DNA of 64,000 nucleotides from IMG/VR virus record IMGVR_UViG_3300010158_000034. One strand, given 5' to 3'. Made by a program: the position numbers and the translations under genes. Each line of letters begins with the position of its first letter. The first letter of the stretch is position 1. Positions 35,824 to 47,364 of this stretch are shown here, piece after piece. Source of the DNA: an uncultured virus (IMG/VR IMGVR_UViG_3300010158_000034). Lineage: Duplodnaviria; Heunggongvirae; Uroviricota; Caudoviricetes. Under the pieces are notes generated by a model, which saw only the letters and a list, made by a program, of their open reading frames with translations, was not told the origin of the DNA and did not search any database.

Positions 35824-36132
35824 ATGGCAATACAAAACACCGCATTAACAACCACTGCTGCCAGCATTTACACCAGTGCCGGCAACACAGCAATCACCAC
35901 CATACACCTGTGCAACTACACTGGCTCGTCGGTACAGGCCAATGTGTATGTGGTACCCTCGGGCGGGGTGGCCAACGGTACCACAGTGATCTATGGCAAT
36001 GTCACCATATCAGCCTACAACACCTTGATCATTTATCAAGAAAAGTTCATATTGGCCAACGGTGATTTCATTGCTGCCAATGCATCAGCCACTACCAGTG
36101 TAACTGCCACAGTAAGTTCAATAGGAATCTAA
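35824..36132 (+). CDS. Small virion structural protein, hypothetical
   Basis: 102 aa, beta-rich; AGGA Shine-Dalgarno sequence; within the late operon. Confidence 0.55.
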   Translation: MAIQNTALTTTAASIYTSAGNTAITTIHLCNYTGSSVQANVYVVPSGGVANGTTVIYGNVTISAYNTLIIYQEKFILANGDFIAANASATTSVTATVSSIGI

Positions 36133-36135
36133 CAC

Positions 36136-36567
36136 ATGGCACGATTTTTAAAAAACCCGGACCTAACACCCGGCAGCCAAGCTGCTAGATTGCCCATGGT
36201 GCCCAGCAGTAGCTATGGTGACGCACCTGTGGACGGTATCATTAGATTCAACGTGGCCACAAATAGAATTGAATTTTATTACAACGGTGCTTGGAATCAA
36301 GTGGCCAAAATTGGTACCTTGACTCCTACAGTGGACGACCTAGTGGGCGATGGTTCAACCACAGTGTTCACCATGAGTCAAAGCGAAAGTGATGCAAAAA
36401 ACATAGTTGTCACCATTGGCGGGGTTTATCAATTGCCAGGAACTGCTTACACGGTGGCGGGAACTGCCATAACATTCACATCAGCGCCACCGGCACCCAG
36501 CTTGCCCACAAGTCCCAACAGAATTAATATAATTCACAATCTCAACAGCACCAACGTGCCAGCCTAG
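36136..36567 (+). CDS. Virion structural protein, hypothetical
   Basis: GIIRFN...IEFY...W and GDGSTTVF...GVYQ.P..AYTV...ITFTSAP modules shared with neighbouring fibre genes. Confidence 0.6.
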   Translation: MARFLKNPDLTPGSQAARLPMVPSSSYGDAPVDGIIRFNVATNRIEFYYNGAWNQVAKIGTLTPTVDDLVGDGSTTVFTMSQSESDAKNIVVTIGGVYQLPGTAYTVAGTAITFTSAPPAPSLPTSPNRINIIHNLNSTNVPA

Positions 36568-36575
36568 GACTCAAC

Positions 36576-38180
36576 ATGGCCATTGGACGTATATCAGGAC
36601 CAATGCTGTACAACAACTTGGATCGCCAAGGAGTTGATTTATCCATTGATGCTAATCTTGTGTATTTTGATGTCAACAATCGTTGGGTGGGCATCAACAC
36701 CACCGCACCGGGCTATGCACTAGACAGCACAGGCAATGCTAGAATTGCCAATATCTTTGTACTAGGCAACACCATCTCCAGCAACAGTGGTGGTTTAAGC
36801 ATGGGATCGGCCACCACCTTTACCAACACCACTGACTCCTCCGGTCCCACAACAGGTGCAGTGACAGTGGCAGGTGGCATGGGCATTGTTCGGGATCTAC
36901 GTGTGGGCGGTACTATACATGCCAACACCATAGTATCGGACAACTTTCAAGTACTCAGCATTGGTGAGTCATTGGTTTATTTGTCACCGTCCTCAACCAC
37001 CCCCTACAACTACGATATTGGGCTTTACAGTGCTTTTACTGGTGGATCCAGCAACAACTATCAACACACCGGTGTAGTGAGAAACGATGCAGACAACTAT
37101 TGGTATTTTTTCAGTAATGCTGCTGAACCCACAGGCGCCACAGTGGACTTGGCCAATGCCAATGTTGTCATGGATACCATTCGTGCAGGTGGCATAACGC
37201 TAAGTAATGCCACTGTAAGCTCTAGTTCCTCAACAGGTGCTGTGGTTGTCACCGGTGGTGTGGGTGTTGGTGGTAATGTCACAGTGAGTGGCAATGTAGT
37301 TGCACCAAACTTTTTATTTGCCAATGGTGTTAATATTTTTACTGCTATTGCCGCCGGCAGTTACGGAAACGCCAATGTAGCCACATACTTGCCCAATTAT
37401 ACAGGCAACATCGCCAGCGGTAATACCACAGTCACCGGCAACTTTTATGGAAATATTTTAACTGATCAAATTTCTCCACGTACTGGAAATATTGTAACAT
37501 TTAATTCATCCGCTGCAATTAAATTACCCGTGGGCGACACTGCAACTAGACCCACAGGTGCATCGGGATATTTAAGATTCAACACAGCCCTGGGCACAGT
37601 GGAATACCACAATGGCACTGCTTGGGTTCCTTTGACCAATACCATTACAGATCAACAAATTACGCCCGACGGTGTTGCTCAAACATTTACATTGACACAG
37701 TCAACCACTGCAGCTGGTATTCTTGTCAGTATCAACGGTACCATGCAACAACCAGATATAGCCTACACAGTGTCGGGCACCAGCTTGACATTTACGGAAG
37801 TACCACTAACAACAGATATTGTAAACGTTAGATATATTGCCACAGTGAGCACTGTGGTCAGCACAGATTCTACTCTGGTTGATTCTGCCAATGTAGCATT
37901 GGGCACCGTATTAAAAATTATTGATAGTTTTGACACCACTGCTTATAGAAGTGCCAAATACACAATTTCCAGCAGTAACTCCTCGGACGCACAATTTTCA
38001 GAGTTGATGTTGATACAAAATGCCGGATCTGTTGCAATCAGCAACGTGGCCAATGTTAGAGTTGGCGTCAGTGCAGTGACATACACAGCAAACGTAAGCG
38101 GTACCACTGTTAATTTGTTGGCACAAGCCACCACAGCGTCAAATCAGCTGAGAATTCAACGCACATATTTCGTAATTTAA
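36576..38180 (+). CDS. Tail fibre-like structural protein
   Basis: GAVVVTGGVGVGGN repeats, LPVGDTATRP..GYLRFN, and a C-terminal IDSF...YRSAKY module. Confidence 0.65.
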   Translation: MAIGRISGPMLYNNLDRQGVDLSIDANLVYFDVNNRWVGINTTAPGYALDSTGNARIANIFVLGNTISSNSGGLSMGSATTFTNTTDSSGPTTGAVTVAGGMGIVRDLRVGGTIHANTIVSDNFQVLSIGESLVYLSPSSTTPYNYDIGLYSAFTGGSSNNYQHTGVVRNDADNYWYFFSNAAEPTGATVDLANANVVMDTIRAGGITLSNATVSSSSSTGAVVVTGGVGVGGNVTVSGNVVAPNFLFANGVNIFTAIAAGSYGNANVATYLPNYTGNIASGNTTVTGNFYGNILTDQISPRTGNIVTFNSSAAIKLPVGDTATRPTGASGYLRFNTALGTVEYHNGTAWVPLTNTITDQQITPDGVAQTFTLTQSTTAAGILVSINGTMQQPDIAYTVSGTSLTFTEVPLTTDIVNVRYIATVSTVVSTDSTLVDSANVALGTVLKIIDSFDTTAYRSAKYTISSSNSSDAQFSELMLIQNAGSVAISNVANVRVGVSAVTYTANVSGTTVNLLAQATTASNQLRIQRTYFVI

Positions 38181-38217
38181 CTTTGAGCATAAATACTTGA
38201 TATAAAAAGGAATCGGT

Positions 38218-41039
38218 ATGGCAGTTACTAGAATCAAGAATAATCAGATCACTGATGCAACCATTACGTTTGCCAAGATTGCTGCCGGTACACTGACTGG
38301 TTCCTTATTTAATGCCAATCTTACATTAAATAGCAATGTTTCTATTATTGGTAACTTTTCTGTTTCTGGTACTCCCACCACAATCAACAGTGTTAATACC
38401 TATGTCAATGACCCGGTTGTGGTGTTTAACAACGGTTACGCAGGTAGCTTGGTCGGTTACGACATTGGTTTATTAGTCAATCGTAACCTAAGCTCATTGG
38501 CTCCGTATGGTTCAGTAAATGCATTCTGGGGTTGGGTAGAAAATGATGCTGCTTTTGAAGCCATTGCTACAACAGACACTGGTACTGGTATCACCAGTAT
38601 TAATAATTCAGGTTTTGCCAACTTAAAAGTTGGTAATATATTTTCTCAAAGTGGAACTATCACTGCCAGTACAGTGACAGCTGCCACCATTGGTAATTCG
38701 GGCACAACACTGTCGGGCACATTAAGTGCCGCAGGTGTATCGGGCACAGTGGCCACAGCCAACGTGTCACAGTATGACTCAGTGACTCCGTTCACTACCA
38801 CAGCTAACTTTTTCCCGCAATTCAGTAATATTTCAACCGCGGGCAACACTGTGGGTGGTGTTGCTACTAACCTGGTGTTTAACCCCGGCTCTGGTAATTT
38901 ATTTGCAGGTTCATTTGTTGGGTCTGGAATTTATTTAACCGGCGTTGCAGCAGCCAGTGCCGGTAACACAGCGTTCTACGCTTGCACAGCACCCTACACC
39001 ACAAGTCAAGTATTTTATCCCATGTTCAGTAACTTGGTGTCTGCTGGAAATACCACACATGGTGTTGCAACCAACTTGTCATTCAATCCCGGCACTGCCA
39101 ATTTGACCATTGGTAATATTGCACTCACTGGTAATGCCATTAGTAGTTTAAGCGGTACTGTTTTAGGACTGGGTGCCATTGGCAACGTGAGCGTAACAGG
39201 TGGCACAAGTGGCTATACAGTGATTACCAACGGTGCTGGTGTGTTGAGTTTCAACCCAGGCAATGCATTGGTGTTGGGATCTAACAGTTCTGGGCAACTG
39301 GTAAGCAACGCAATAACATTAACAAGTACAACCAACGTGACAGATGCAATCGCACAATTAAATCAAATTTTAGGCAAGTTAACTCCAGCCGCACCTCCCA
39401 ACTTCCCGGGCAACGTAGCAACATCTGTTGGCGCGGCCAGCACATTCAGTATCACAACAGGTACCACATCGGCCATCATGACCGGTGATGCGGCACGTGG
39501 TACTGGATGGACACAGCAAAATAATATTTCTGGTAACACTTATCAGTTGGCCGGCGGAACAACATTTTCGGCGGTGCGTGCCAATACCATTGCAACATCA
39601 ACGCTGGCAGCAATCAAATCGGGTCAAGGTAACGTAAGATCTTGGTACGGTGGCAACATCATAACAGGATTTGTAAACTTAACTGGTGCATTGGGCACAG
39701 TGACCAATGGTAATTTGTCAATTGTCAACGATACAGACTACAACAACATCAAGAGCACAGTGTCTGCTGGATTCTGGTACAGTGCCAACGTTTCTATATC
39801 GGCTACAGCAGGTATGTTGCCGGGCTGGAACAGTATTTTAATTGAAGACCTTGGCGGATACACAAATGGCAATACCAACTCACTGCTGTGGTACAACGAT
39901 ATTAGTTCCACTGCTGCTGGAACACCAACATTCTCCAACACCAGTGCAGTATTGACCACCAACGTGGTGGCGTACTCTAGCTCAATTCCGCACTTTACAT
40001 CGGGTGCAGTATTTAGATTAAAAGGCAACGTAAACAACTTATCCGGAGACACATATCCAACAGGTAACGTAAACTTAACCAGTGCCACTGCTGCCGCAGG
40101 TGGCTTCCAAGCTCCTACTGCTGTACCTTACACAGCAGCCGTGGCCAGTGCCGGTTATTGGTCTGGTACTGTACCGTTACCAAGATATTTGTGTAATACC
40201 ACATACGGCTCTGGAACCAGTGCTTACTATGAAACAAACTCAAGTATAGTGACTACAGGCTTTGGTTCTAGTACCTCAGGTCCAACATTAACTGTAACCA
40301 ACGGCTATAACGCATCTCTCGCTACAGCACACCAAGCGTCAGGTGCTCCAACCATATTATGGAAAAACGGTACCGGTACTGCCATTGATGAAACTACTAT
40401 TCCTGTTAACTCAGTAGGTACGGGATCGGGTAACGGTTTCCGTGTTGCTAGTCAAGGCAGTTCTAACAACCCGGTGTATGTAGCAGGTAACGTTAGCTCA
40501 CCAATTTGGAACAGCCAAACAACAACACTACAGACCTACGATGCAGTTGTCGTTGGATCGGGCTCACAAGGTATTATTGCGTGGAGTCAAACTAACTTCT
40601 CTACTGGTTACTTGCCAGTGGGCCCAAATTTAAGTGGACAAGCCACAACACAATATTTCACGATGAAGTTTATTCGTACAGCGGTGTCTAAGTTTAACAT
40701 CAAGTATTCGGGCACTATTGCTGGTTTATGGGTAGCATTACCTGGTGGCTCACCAAATGGTACAGACACCTATGCATCACCCACTAACGGTTGGTTAGAT
40801 GTAAGTGTTACTTATGCAGGGGAATTCCCGGCACCGGCACCGGCGGCAACGGAATATCAAATGGTTGTGCAGTCGGTGGAAATGCAGTACTTAACTCGTT
40901 ACAAACCAACAAGAGCGTGACAGCAACATTTGGTACGTTGAGTTCAACAAACTCAACAAACAATGAAATTTGGGTGAGAGTTGCTTTAACAAGTGGACAA
41001 TCACTAACAGCATTAACTATGGAAACGGCGACAAACTAA
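38218..41039 (+). CDS. Fibre/structural protein with an apparent frameshift near 40819-40822
   Basis: Frame 0 ends at 40920 in an atypical tail. The -1 frame from ~40821 continues with matching Gly/Thr/Asn-rich sequence to TAA 41039, 1 nt before the next ATG. Confidence 0.6.
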
Positions 41040-41040
41040 T

Positions 41041-44000
41041 ATGGCTATCTCAGACGCACAAAAAGTAGACTATCTATTTAAGAAAATAGGTTTTGGTATA
41101 TCCAAGACTGACATATCTACCAACAAGAGTCCTGCTAATGAATCGATCAGTAGCCCGTTGTTGATACGCGGCGATAACATTTGGGACCAAAGTGATTCCA
41201 TTGCCAACGGTGCGGTTGCCTTACCTACCAGCAACGTAGTGGTCAACGGCACCACAGTGGTTGCAGTATATCGCGACAGTTTGAGCAGTGCAGTACAAAC
41301 CACAAACGACGGTACAGCTGCAGTGAACCGTACTTGGAAAACAGGATTAACCAACTGGATCGGCCCAGAATTTGGTACTGGTTATCAGCTTAAAGTATAT
41401 ACTGGCACGGTATTGACATCTGCAAATGCCAGCACAGGTACCTCACTATCACCCGATGGTTCGGGAAACAACGACGGATGGTTTTTTGACTACCAGTCGG
41501 GTGTGCTAAACTTTGCAGATACCAACGTACCAACCACAATAAGTACACAAGTTTGGGTAGTAGGTGCACGTTATACAGGCCCAACCGGTATTAGTACACT
41601 GCCCAACTTGGTGGTAACTGGTAATTTAACCAGTACCAACGGTAATATTGTATTGACCAACGGCAACGTGTATGCTCAAAACTACTACGGTACTTTCCAA
41701 GGCACAATCGGTGCTGGCACAAGTATTGCCGTGGCCAACGTGGCCAACTACGATGTAATTACTCCAGTCAGCACCAGCCCAAATACATTTTATCCAAAAT
41801 TAAGTAATATTGTTGTTGCAGGTAACAGCGTGGCCGGCGTTGCAACCAACTTATCATTTGTGCCCAGCACAGGTACACTGACTGCAACTGCATTTTCAGG
41901 CTCTGGTAGTGCATTAACCAGTTTAACTGCTACCAACGTCGCAGGTACGGTGGCCACAGCCAACGTTTCACTATACGACTCAGTGACTGCATACACTACT
42001 AATCAAACATTTTACCCACAATTTAGTAACCTCTCTACTACAGGCAACAGTGTAACTGGTGTAGCAACCAACTTATCATTTAACCCATCAACCGGTGCAT
42101 TAACAGCAACCAGCTTTAGTGGAACACTATCAGCCGTCAACGTGGCAGGCACAGTGGCCACAGCCAATGCCACCGTTTACACAGGAATAACCAACACAGC
42201 CACTGGCACCTATTATCCGGTATTAAGTGCTCAAAACACCACAGGTAATGCACAAGCAGCTGCATCTAGCAGTTTAAGTTACAACGCCGCAACTGGTACA
42301 TTGACAGCAACTTCATTCGCAGGTTATGGCGGTGCCTTAACTGGTACCATGACAACTGCCAACGTTGGGTTGTACGAACAAATTACCAACTTAACTAACA
42401 ATCAAACTTATTACTTGCCATTTGCCAACGTAGTAACAGGTAACAGCACCTTGGGTGCAGTGACCAGCGTCAACGTTAACCCCAGCACAGGACAAGTCAA
42501 CTCCGTATCCGCCAATGTAACAACATTAAATGTTGGTAGTACCAGCATACTAGCAGGACAAGTACAAATACCCAATTCAACGGTGTCGACCAATTTTGGA
42601 TCTGGTGCACTGGTTGTATCTGGCGGTTTAGGTGTTGCCGGTGCTGCATTCTTCAACAGCAACGTCAGCATTGCTGGTAACTTGACAGTAACCGGTAACA
42701 GTGTAAGTATTGGTGCCAGTACATTGAGTATTACTGACCCAATCATCAACTTAAACACACCACAAGACCTAACCCCACTGACAGTTCCGACCACTAGTGA
42801 TGTTGGTTTAAAATTCCACTATTATGACACAGCAGACTCGGCAGCTTTTGCAGGTAGAACTGTGGTTGACGGATACTTTACATATTGGACCAAAGGTACA
42901 GACACTGCCAACGTGTTCACAGGAACACAACTTGGTACATTCAAAGGTGGTGCAACAATTCTAGCCAATGCTAGAGTAGTGGGTGGCGGTTTATCGGCCA
43001 ACACCGGCTCAATGCAGGTATGGGGTGATGCCAGTATCACTGGTAATTTGTATGTAGGAAACGGTTTACAAAATACACCAATTGGTACACTGGGTTCTAG
43101 TACAGGAAACTTTACTACAGTTACAGCTCAAACTGTTAACGCTGCCACAATTGGTAACTCGGGTGCATCAATTGTAGGCACCATAAGTGCCACTGGTGTC
43201 GCAGGTACAGTGGCCACAGCCAACGCTGCTATCTACACCGGTATAACCAACACTGCCACTGGTACTTATTATCCAGTACTCAGTGCTCAAAACACCACAG
43301 GCAACGCACAGGCGGCTGCATCAAGCTCATTATCATACAACGCTGCGACAGGTGCATTGACAGCAACTTCATTCGCAGGTTACGGTGGTGCCTTAACCGG
43401 TACTATGACAACTGCCAACGTGGCTTTATATGAACAAATTACCAACTTAACCAATAACCAGACTTACTATTTGCCATTTGCTAACTTAGTGACAGGCAAC
43501 AGTACATTGGGTGCGGTAACAGCAGTCAACGTTAATCCGTCAACAGGTAACGTTTCAGCCACTGCTTTTATTGGGTCAGGTCAATATTTAACTAATATTT
43601 CAATTGGCTCATTGTCGGGCACTTATCCAACTGCCAACGTTGCAATATACGAACAAGTTACAGCATACACAACTAATCAAACATTTTATCCAGTGTTCAG
43701 TAACATCAGCACCACAGGTAATACTGTTGCCGGGGTCAACTCAAGTTTAAGTTACAATCCCAGCACTGGTGCACTGACAGCAACCAGCTTCAGTGGTACC
43801 TTATCGGCAACCAATGTGAGTGGTACTACTGCAACTGCCAATGTGAGTTTATACGACTCGGTAACAGCATACACAACTAACCAAACATTTTATCCGCAGT
43901 TCAGTAATATTTCAACCACAGGTAACAGTATAACTGGTGTTAGCTCAAGTTTAAGTTATAACCCCAGCACAGGAACATTAACTGCAACCAACTTTAACGG

Positions 44001-46440
44001 TACAGTTCAAGGTACAGTAGCAACTGCCAATGCCGCAATTTACACAGGTATAACCAACACAGCCTCTGGTACTTACTATCCGGTACTCAGTGCTCAAAAC
44101 ACCACAGGTAATGCACAAACAGCTGCATCAAGTAGTTTAAGTTATAACGCCGCAACAGGTGCATTGACAGCAACCAGCTTTAGTGGAACACTATCGGCTG
44201 TCAATGTCGCGGGTACAGTGGCCACTGCCAACGTGAGTTTATACGAATCGGTAACAGCTTATACCACAAACCAAACATTTTACCCTGTGTTTTCAAATAC
44301 CAGCTCGTCGGGCAATACTGTTGCTGGTGTTGCAACTAACTTATCGTTTAATCCGTCCTCTGGTACATTGAGTGCAACAGTATTAAATGGTACTGTAACT
44401 GCACTAAATGTAAGTGGTACAGTGGCAACAGCCAACGTGGCTCTGTATGCCAGTGCAACCCCATACACAACTAATCAAACATTTTATCCTGTATTCAGCA
44501 ATACTGTCACAGCCGGTAATACCACTGTTGGTGTTAACTCTGGATTGAGCTACAATCCTGCAACAGGTACATTGACTGCAACTAACTTTGCAGGTGCAAT
44601 ATCGGGCACAATTGGCACAGCCAATGTGAGTTTATACGAATCGGTAACAGCATTAACAACAAATCAAACATTTTATCCGCAGTTCAGTAATATTTCAACC
44701 ACAGGTAACACTATCTCTGGTGTAGCAACCAACTTGACATTTAATCCCGGCACAGGAGTGTTGACTGCCACTACATTCTCGGGTGCTGGTTCATTCTCGA
44801 CTGTCAGCACATCAGGTGTGGCAAGTTTGAACGCCAACGTGGTAATTAACAATGGCAGTAACACTAACGACAATACATCGGGTGGTTTAGTAATCAAAGG
44901 CACAGCTGGTGCAGCCATAGGTGGAAACATCAACGTTGGTTCGGCCATGTTCATTGGTTCTGGAGCACAGGCAACAGTATTAAATAGCCCAATTGCTATT
45001 AAACGCGGTACTCCTGGTGCTGCTCCCGGATTCCAATATTTGCAAGATGCGTTGATTAGTGCTACTAACTATGGATCCAGTGACTTTATTGCCTACGGAA
45101 ATAACTATACCGGAGTTGCCAATGACCATGGATTTGTGGACCTGGGCTTTACAGGTGATGCATTTACCGATCCGTATTATTCGATTACCAAGAGCAACGA
45201 CGGCTATGTATTTGCATCGGGTGCCAACGCCACAGTGGGCGGAAACTTGGTATTGGCCACAGACTACAGTGGTAACTACAATGACGTAGTAGTGGGTGTG
45301 GGCAGTTTCTATGCCAACAGTGAAGTTGCAAGATTCCACGGCAACGCCAGCAATTCGGGTACATTTGTTGTAAAATTACCAACCAATGCCAGCCCCGCAG
45401 CCAACACAGGTGCTTTCCAAGTTTGGGGCGGTGCAAGTTTTGGCAGTAACGTATATGTTGGTGGTGCTGTTACAATCAACGGTGGTCAAACTGCCGGCAA
45501 TGAACTTTTTGTTCGCGGTAAAACAGATACCACATTGATTTGGGCAAGACCCAATGCAACTTACGATCAAGTATTGATTGGTGGCTCGGCCACAGCAGCT
45601 ATCCCATCATCGGGTGCAAAATTACAAATTAACAGCACAGACTCGATATTATTGCCAAGTGGATCCAATGCTCAACGTCCCGGCAGTGCTGGATTTACAG
45701 ACGTAACAGGTATGTTCCGTTACAGCACTACATCTGGTGCAGTTGAATGGTATACTGGTTCTGCATGGCAATCTGCAAGTAGCTCATTTACAGTTGTTAC
45801 TGACCAGCAGTTCAACGGAGACGGAGTAACTACTGCATTTACATTAAGTGCTGAGGTTACTACCAATGCCACTATTGTTAGTATCAACGGTGTGTTACAA
45901 ATACCAACGCTGGCCTATGCAGTGTCGGGCACAACATTGACATTTACAGAAGCACCTGCCAATTTGGATGTGATTGATGTACGCAGCTTAACTACAACGC
46001 AAACAGTAACTGGTATTGCCAGCACCAATGGCTATATGCAAGTTGCTGCAGACAACAACGGTGTTTATATATACACTGGAGTCAGCTCAACAGCAGCCAC
46101 TACAGTTTGGAACACCGGTGGTGCACGGGTCAGTAACATTGCCAACGTATCTGTTGCATCGGCTGCTACTCCGACAACCATTGACACCATTAACAACACC
46201 TTGTACCGCAGTGCCAAATATGTAGTACAAGTCACCAATGGTGCAAACTATCAAGTACAAGAAGCATTGGTAATTTCAAATGGTACTGTGGCAACTATTA
46301 CAACTTACGGCGCTATTAATACCGGCGGTAACTTGGGTGTGTTGAGTGCTACACAAAGCGGTGCTAACACGTTGGTACAGTTTACAGCAGTGAACGCAAC
46401 AAATTCAGTGAGAATTCAGAAAGATTATTTAAATATTTAA
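41041..46440 (+). CDS. Long repeat-containing tail fibre protein
   Basis: 1799 aa with 12 copies of a ~60-aa TANV..Y...FYP.FSN...GN...LSFNP.TG.LTAT repeat; C-terminal YRSAKY module. Confidence 0.75.
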   Translation: MAISDAQKVDYLFKKIGFGISKTDISTNKSPANESISSPLLIRGDNIWDQSDSIANGAVALPTSNVVVNGTTVVAVYRDSLSSAVQTTNDGTAAVNRTWKTGLTNWIGPEFGTGYQLKVYTGTVLTSANASTGTSLSPDGSGNNDGWFFDYQSGVLNFADTNVPTTISTQVWVVGARYTGPTGISTLPNLVVTGNLTSTNGNIVLTNGNVYAQNYYGTFQGTIGAGTSIAVANVANYDVITPVSTSPNTFYPKLSNIVVAGNSVAGVATNLSFVPSTGTLTATAFSGSGSALTSLTATNVAGTVATANVSLYDSVTAYTTNQTFYPQFSNLSTTGNSVTGVATNLSFNPSTGALTATSFSGTLSAVNVAGTVATANATVYTGITNTATGTYYPVLSAQNTTGNAQAAASSSLSYNAATGTLTATSFAGYGGALTGTMTTANVGLYEQITNLTNNQTYYLPFANVVTGNSTLGAVTSVNVNPSTGQVNSVSANVTTLNVGSTSILAGQVQIPNSTVSTNFGSGALVVSGGLGVAGAAFFNSNVSIAGNLTVTGNSVSIGASTLSITDPIINLNTPQDLTPLTVPTTSDVGLKFHYYDTADSAAFAGRTVVDGYFTYWTKGTDTANVFTGTQLGTFKGGATILANARVVGGGLSANTGSMQVWGDASITGNLYVGNGLQNTPIGTLGSSTGNFTTVTAQTVNAATIGNSGASIVGTISATGVAGTVATANAAIYTGITNTATGTYYPVLSAQNTTGNAQAAASSSLSYNAATGALTATSFAGYGGALTGTMTTANVALYEQITNLTNNQTYYLPFANLVTGNSTLGAVTAVNVNPSTGNVSATAFIGSGQYLTNISIGSLSGTYPTANVAIYEQVTAYTTNQTFYPVFSNISTTGNTVAGVNSSLSYNPSTGALTATSFSGTLSATNVSGTTATANVSLYDSVTAYTTNQTFYPQFSNISTTGNSITGVSSSLSYNPSTGTLTATNFNGTVQGTVATANAAIYTGITNTASGTYYPVLSAQNTTGNAQTAASSSLSYNAATGALTATSFSGTLSAVNVAGTVATANVSLYESVTAYTTNQTFYPVFSNTSSSGNTVAGVATNLSFNPSSGTLSATVLNGTVTALNVSGTVATANVALYASATPYTTNQTFYPVFSNTVTAGNTTVGVNSGLSYNPATGTLTATNFAGAISGTIGTANVSLYESVTALTTNQTFYPQFSNISTTGNTISGVATNLTFNPGTGVLTATTFSGAGSFSTVSTSGVASLNANVVINNGSNTNDNTSGGLVIKGTAGAAIGGNINVGSAMFIGSGAQATVLNSPIAIKRGTPGAAPGFQYLQDALISATNYGSSDFIAYGNNYTGVANDHGFVDLGFTGDAFTDPYYSITKSNDGYVFASGANATVGGNLVLATDYSGNYNDVVVGVGSFYANSEVARFHGNASNSGTFVVKLPTNASPAANTGAFQVWGGASFGSNVYVGGAVTINGGQTAGNELFVRGKTDTTLIWARPNATYDQVLIGGSATAAIPSSGAKLQINSTDSILLPSGSNAQRPGSAGFTDVTGMFRYSTTSGAVEWYTGSAWQSASSSFTVVTDQQFNGDGVTTAFTLSAEVTTNATIVSINGVLQIPTLAYAVSGTTLTFTEAPANLDVIDVRSLTTTQTVTGIASTNGYMQVAADNNGVYIYTGVSSTAATTVWNTGGARVSNIANVSVASAATPTTIDTINNTLYRSAKYVVQVTNGANYQVQEALVISNGTVATITTYGAINTGGNLGVLSATQSGANTLVQFTAVNATNSVRIQKDYLNI

Positions 46441-46485
46441 CAGTAACATCCTTATCGGGGAATATGGAACCGGGGAAAGAATAAA

Positions 46486-47310
46486 ATGGCAAACAGTAAT
46501 TTCGTAGTACAAAATGGCCTCACAGTGGGCTCAACAACAATTTTTGCAGGCAACGGTGATATTTCCACAACAGGTAATATTTCTGTGTCGGGTGCCGGCT
46601 CATTTGGCGGCTTAAGTACAAATCAGATTTATCAAAGTTCAGCCAACGTAACAGTCAGTGGTAGCTTTGTCAACGTGGCCATTGCTTCAACCAACGTGGC
46701 CAGCTTTAGTTCCGCTGGACTAACAATGTTAAGCAACTTTGTACCAAGTGCAAACGTGGCATATAATTCTGGTAGCACCTCTACTTACTGGAGCAACTTT
46801 TATGCCGCAACTGGCAACTTCAACACCATCAACATTGGTGCACAGGGTATTGTACCCAATGCCAATTTAACTGCCAATTTGGGATCTCCTTCTGCTTGGT
46901 TTAACACATTTTTTGGAGTATCAACACAGGCCAAATATGCTGACTTGGCAGAAAACTATCGAGCCGACAGCAACTATCAACCGGGTACAGTGTTGATGTT
47001 TGGTGGAGATCAAGAAGTCACCGTGGCAGAACCTGAAACAACAGCAGTGGCAGGCATTGTTTCTACCAACCCAGCACATTTAATGAATGGTGCATTGTCG
47101 GGTCCAAATGTATCAGCAGTGGCATTGATAGGGCGTGTTCCTTGCAATGTAATTGGACCTGTTAAAAAAGGTGATTTAATGATATCTGCAGGATTTGGTT
47201 TTGCTCGATCCAGCTCGAATCCAGTGGTTGGTCAAGTGATTGGAAAAGCACTGCAAGATTATCCCGGTGCATCCAAGGCAGTTATAGAAATAGTAGTTGG
47301 CAGAGTTTAA
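46486..47310 (+). CDS. Fibre protein with a C-terminal intramolecular chaperone-like (peptidase S74/G2-type) domain
   Basis: YADLAENY...GIVSTNPA...VALIGRVP...GDL...IGKAL motif. Confidence 0.7.
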   Translation: MANSNFVVQNGLTVGSTTIFAGNGDISTTGNISVSGAGSFGGLSTNQIYQSSANVTVSGSFVNVAIASTNVASFSSAGLTMLSNFVPSANVAYNSGSTSTYWSNFYAATGNFNTINIGAQGIVPNANLTANLGSPSAWFNTFFGVSTQAKYADLAENYRADSNYQPGTVLMFGGDQEVTVAEPETTAVAGIVSTNPAHLMNGALSGPNVSAVALIGRVPCNVIGPVKKGDLMISAGFGFARSSSNPVVGQVIGKALQDYPGASKAVIEIVVGRV

Positions 47311-47364
47311 TACCGTTACAGCAATCTTGTTTTGTAATAAATACAAGATAACTCGGACAACACA

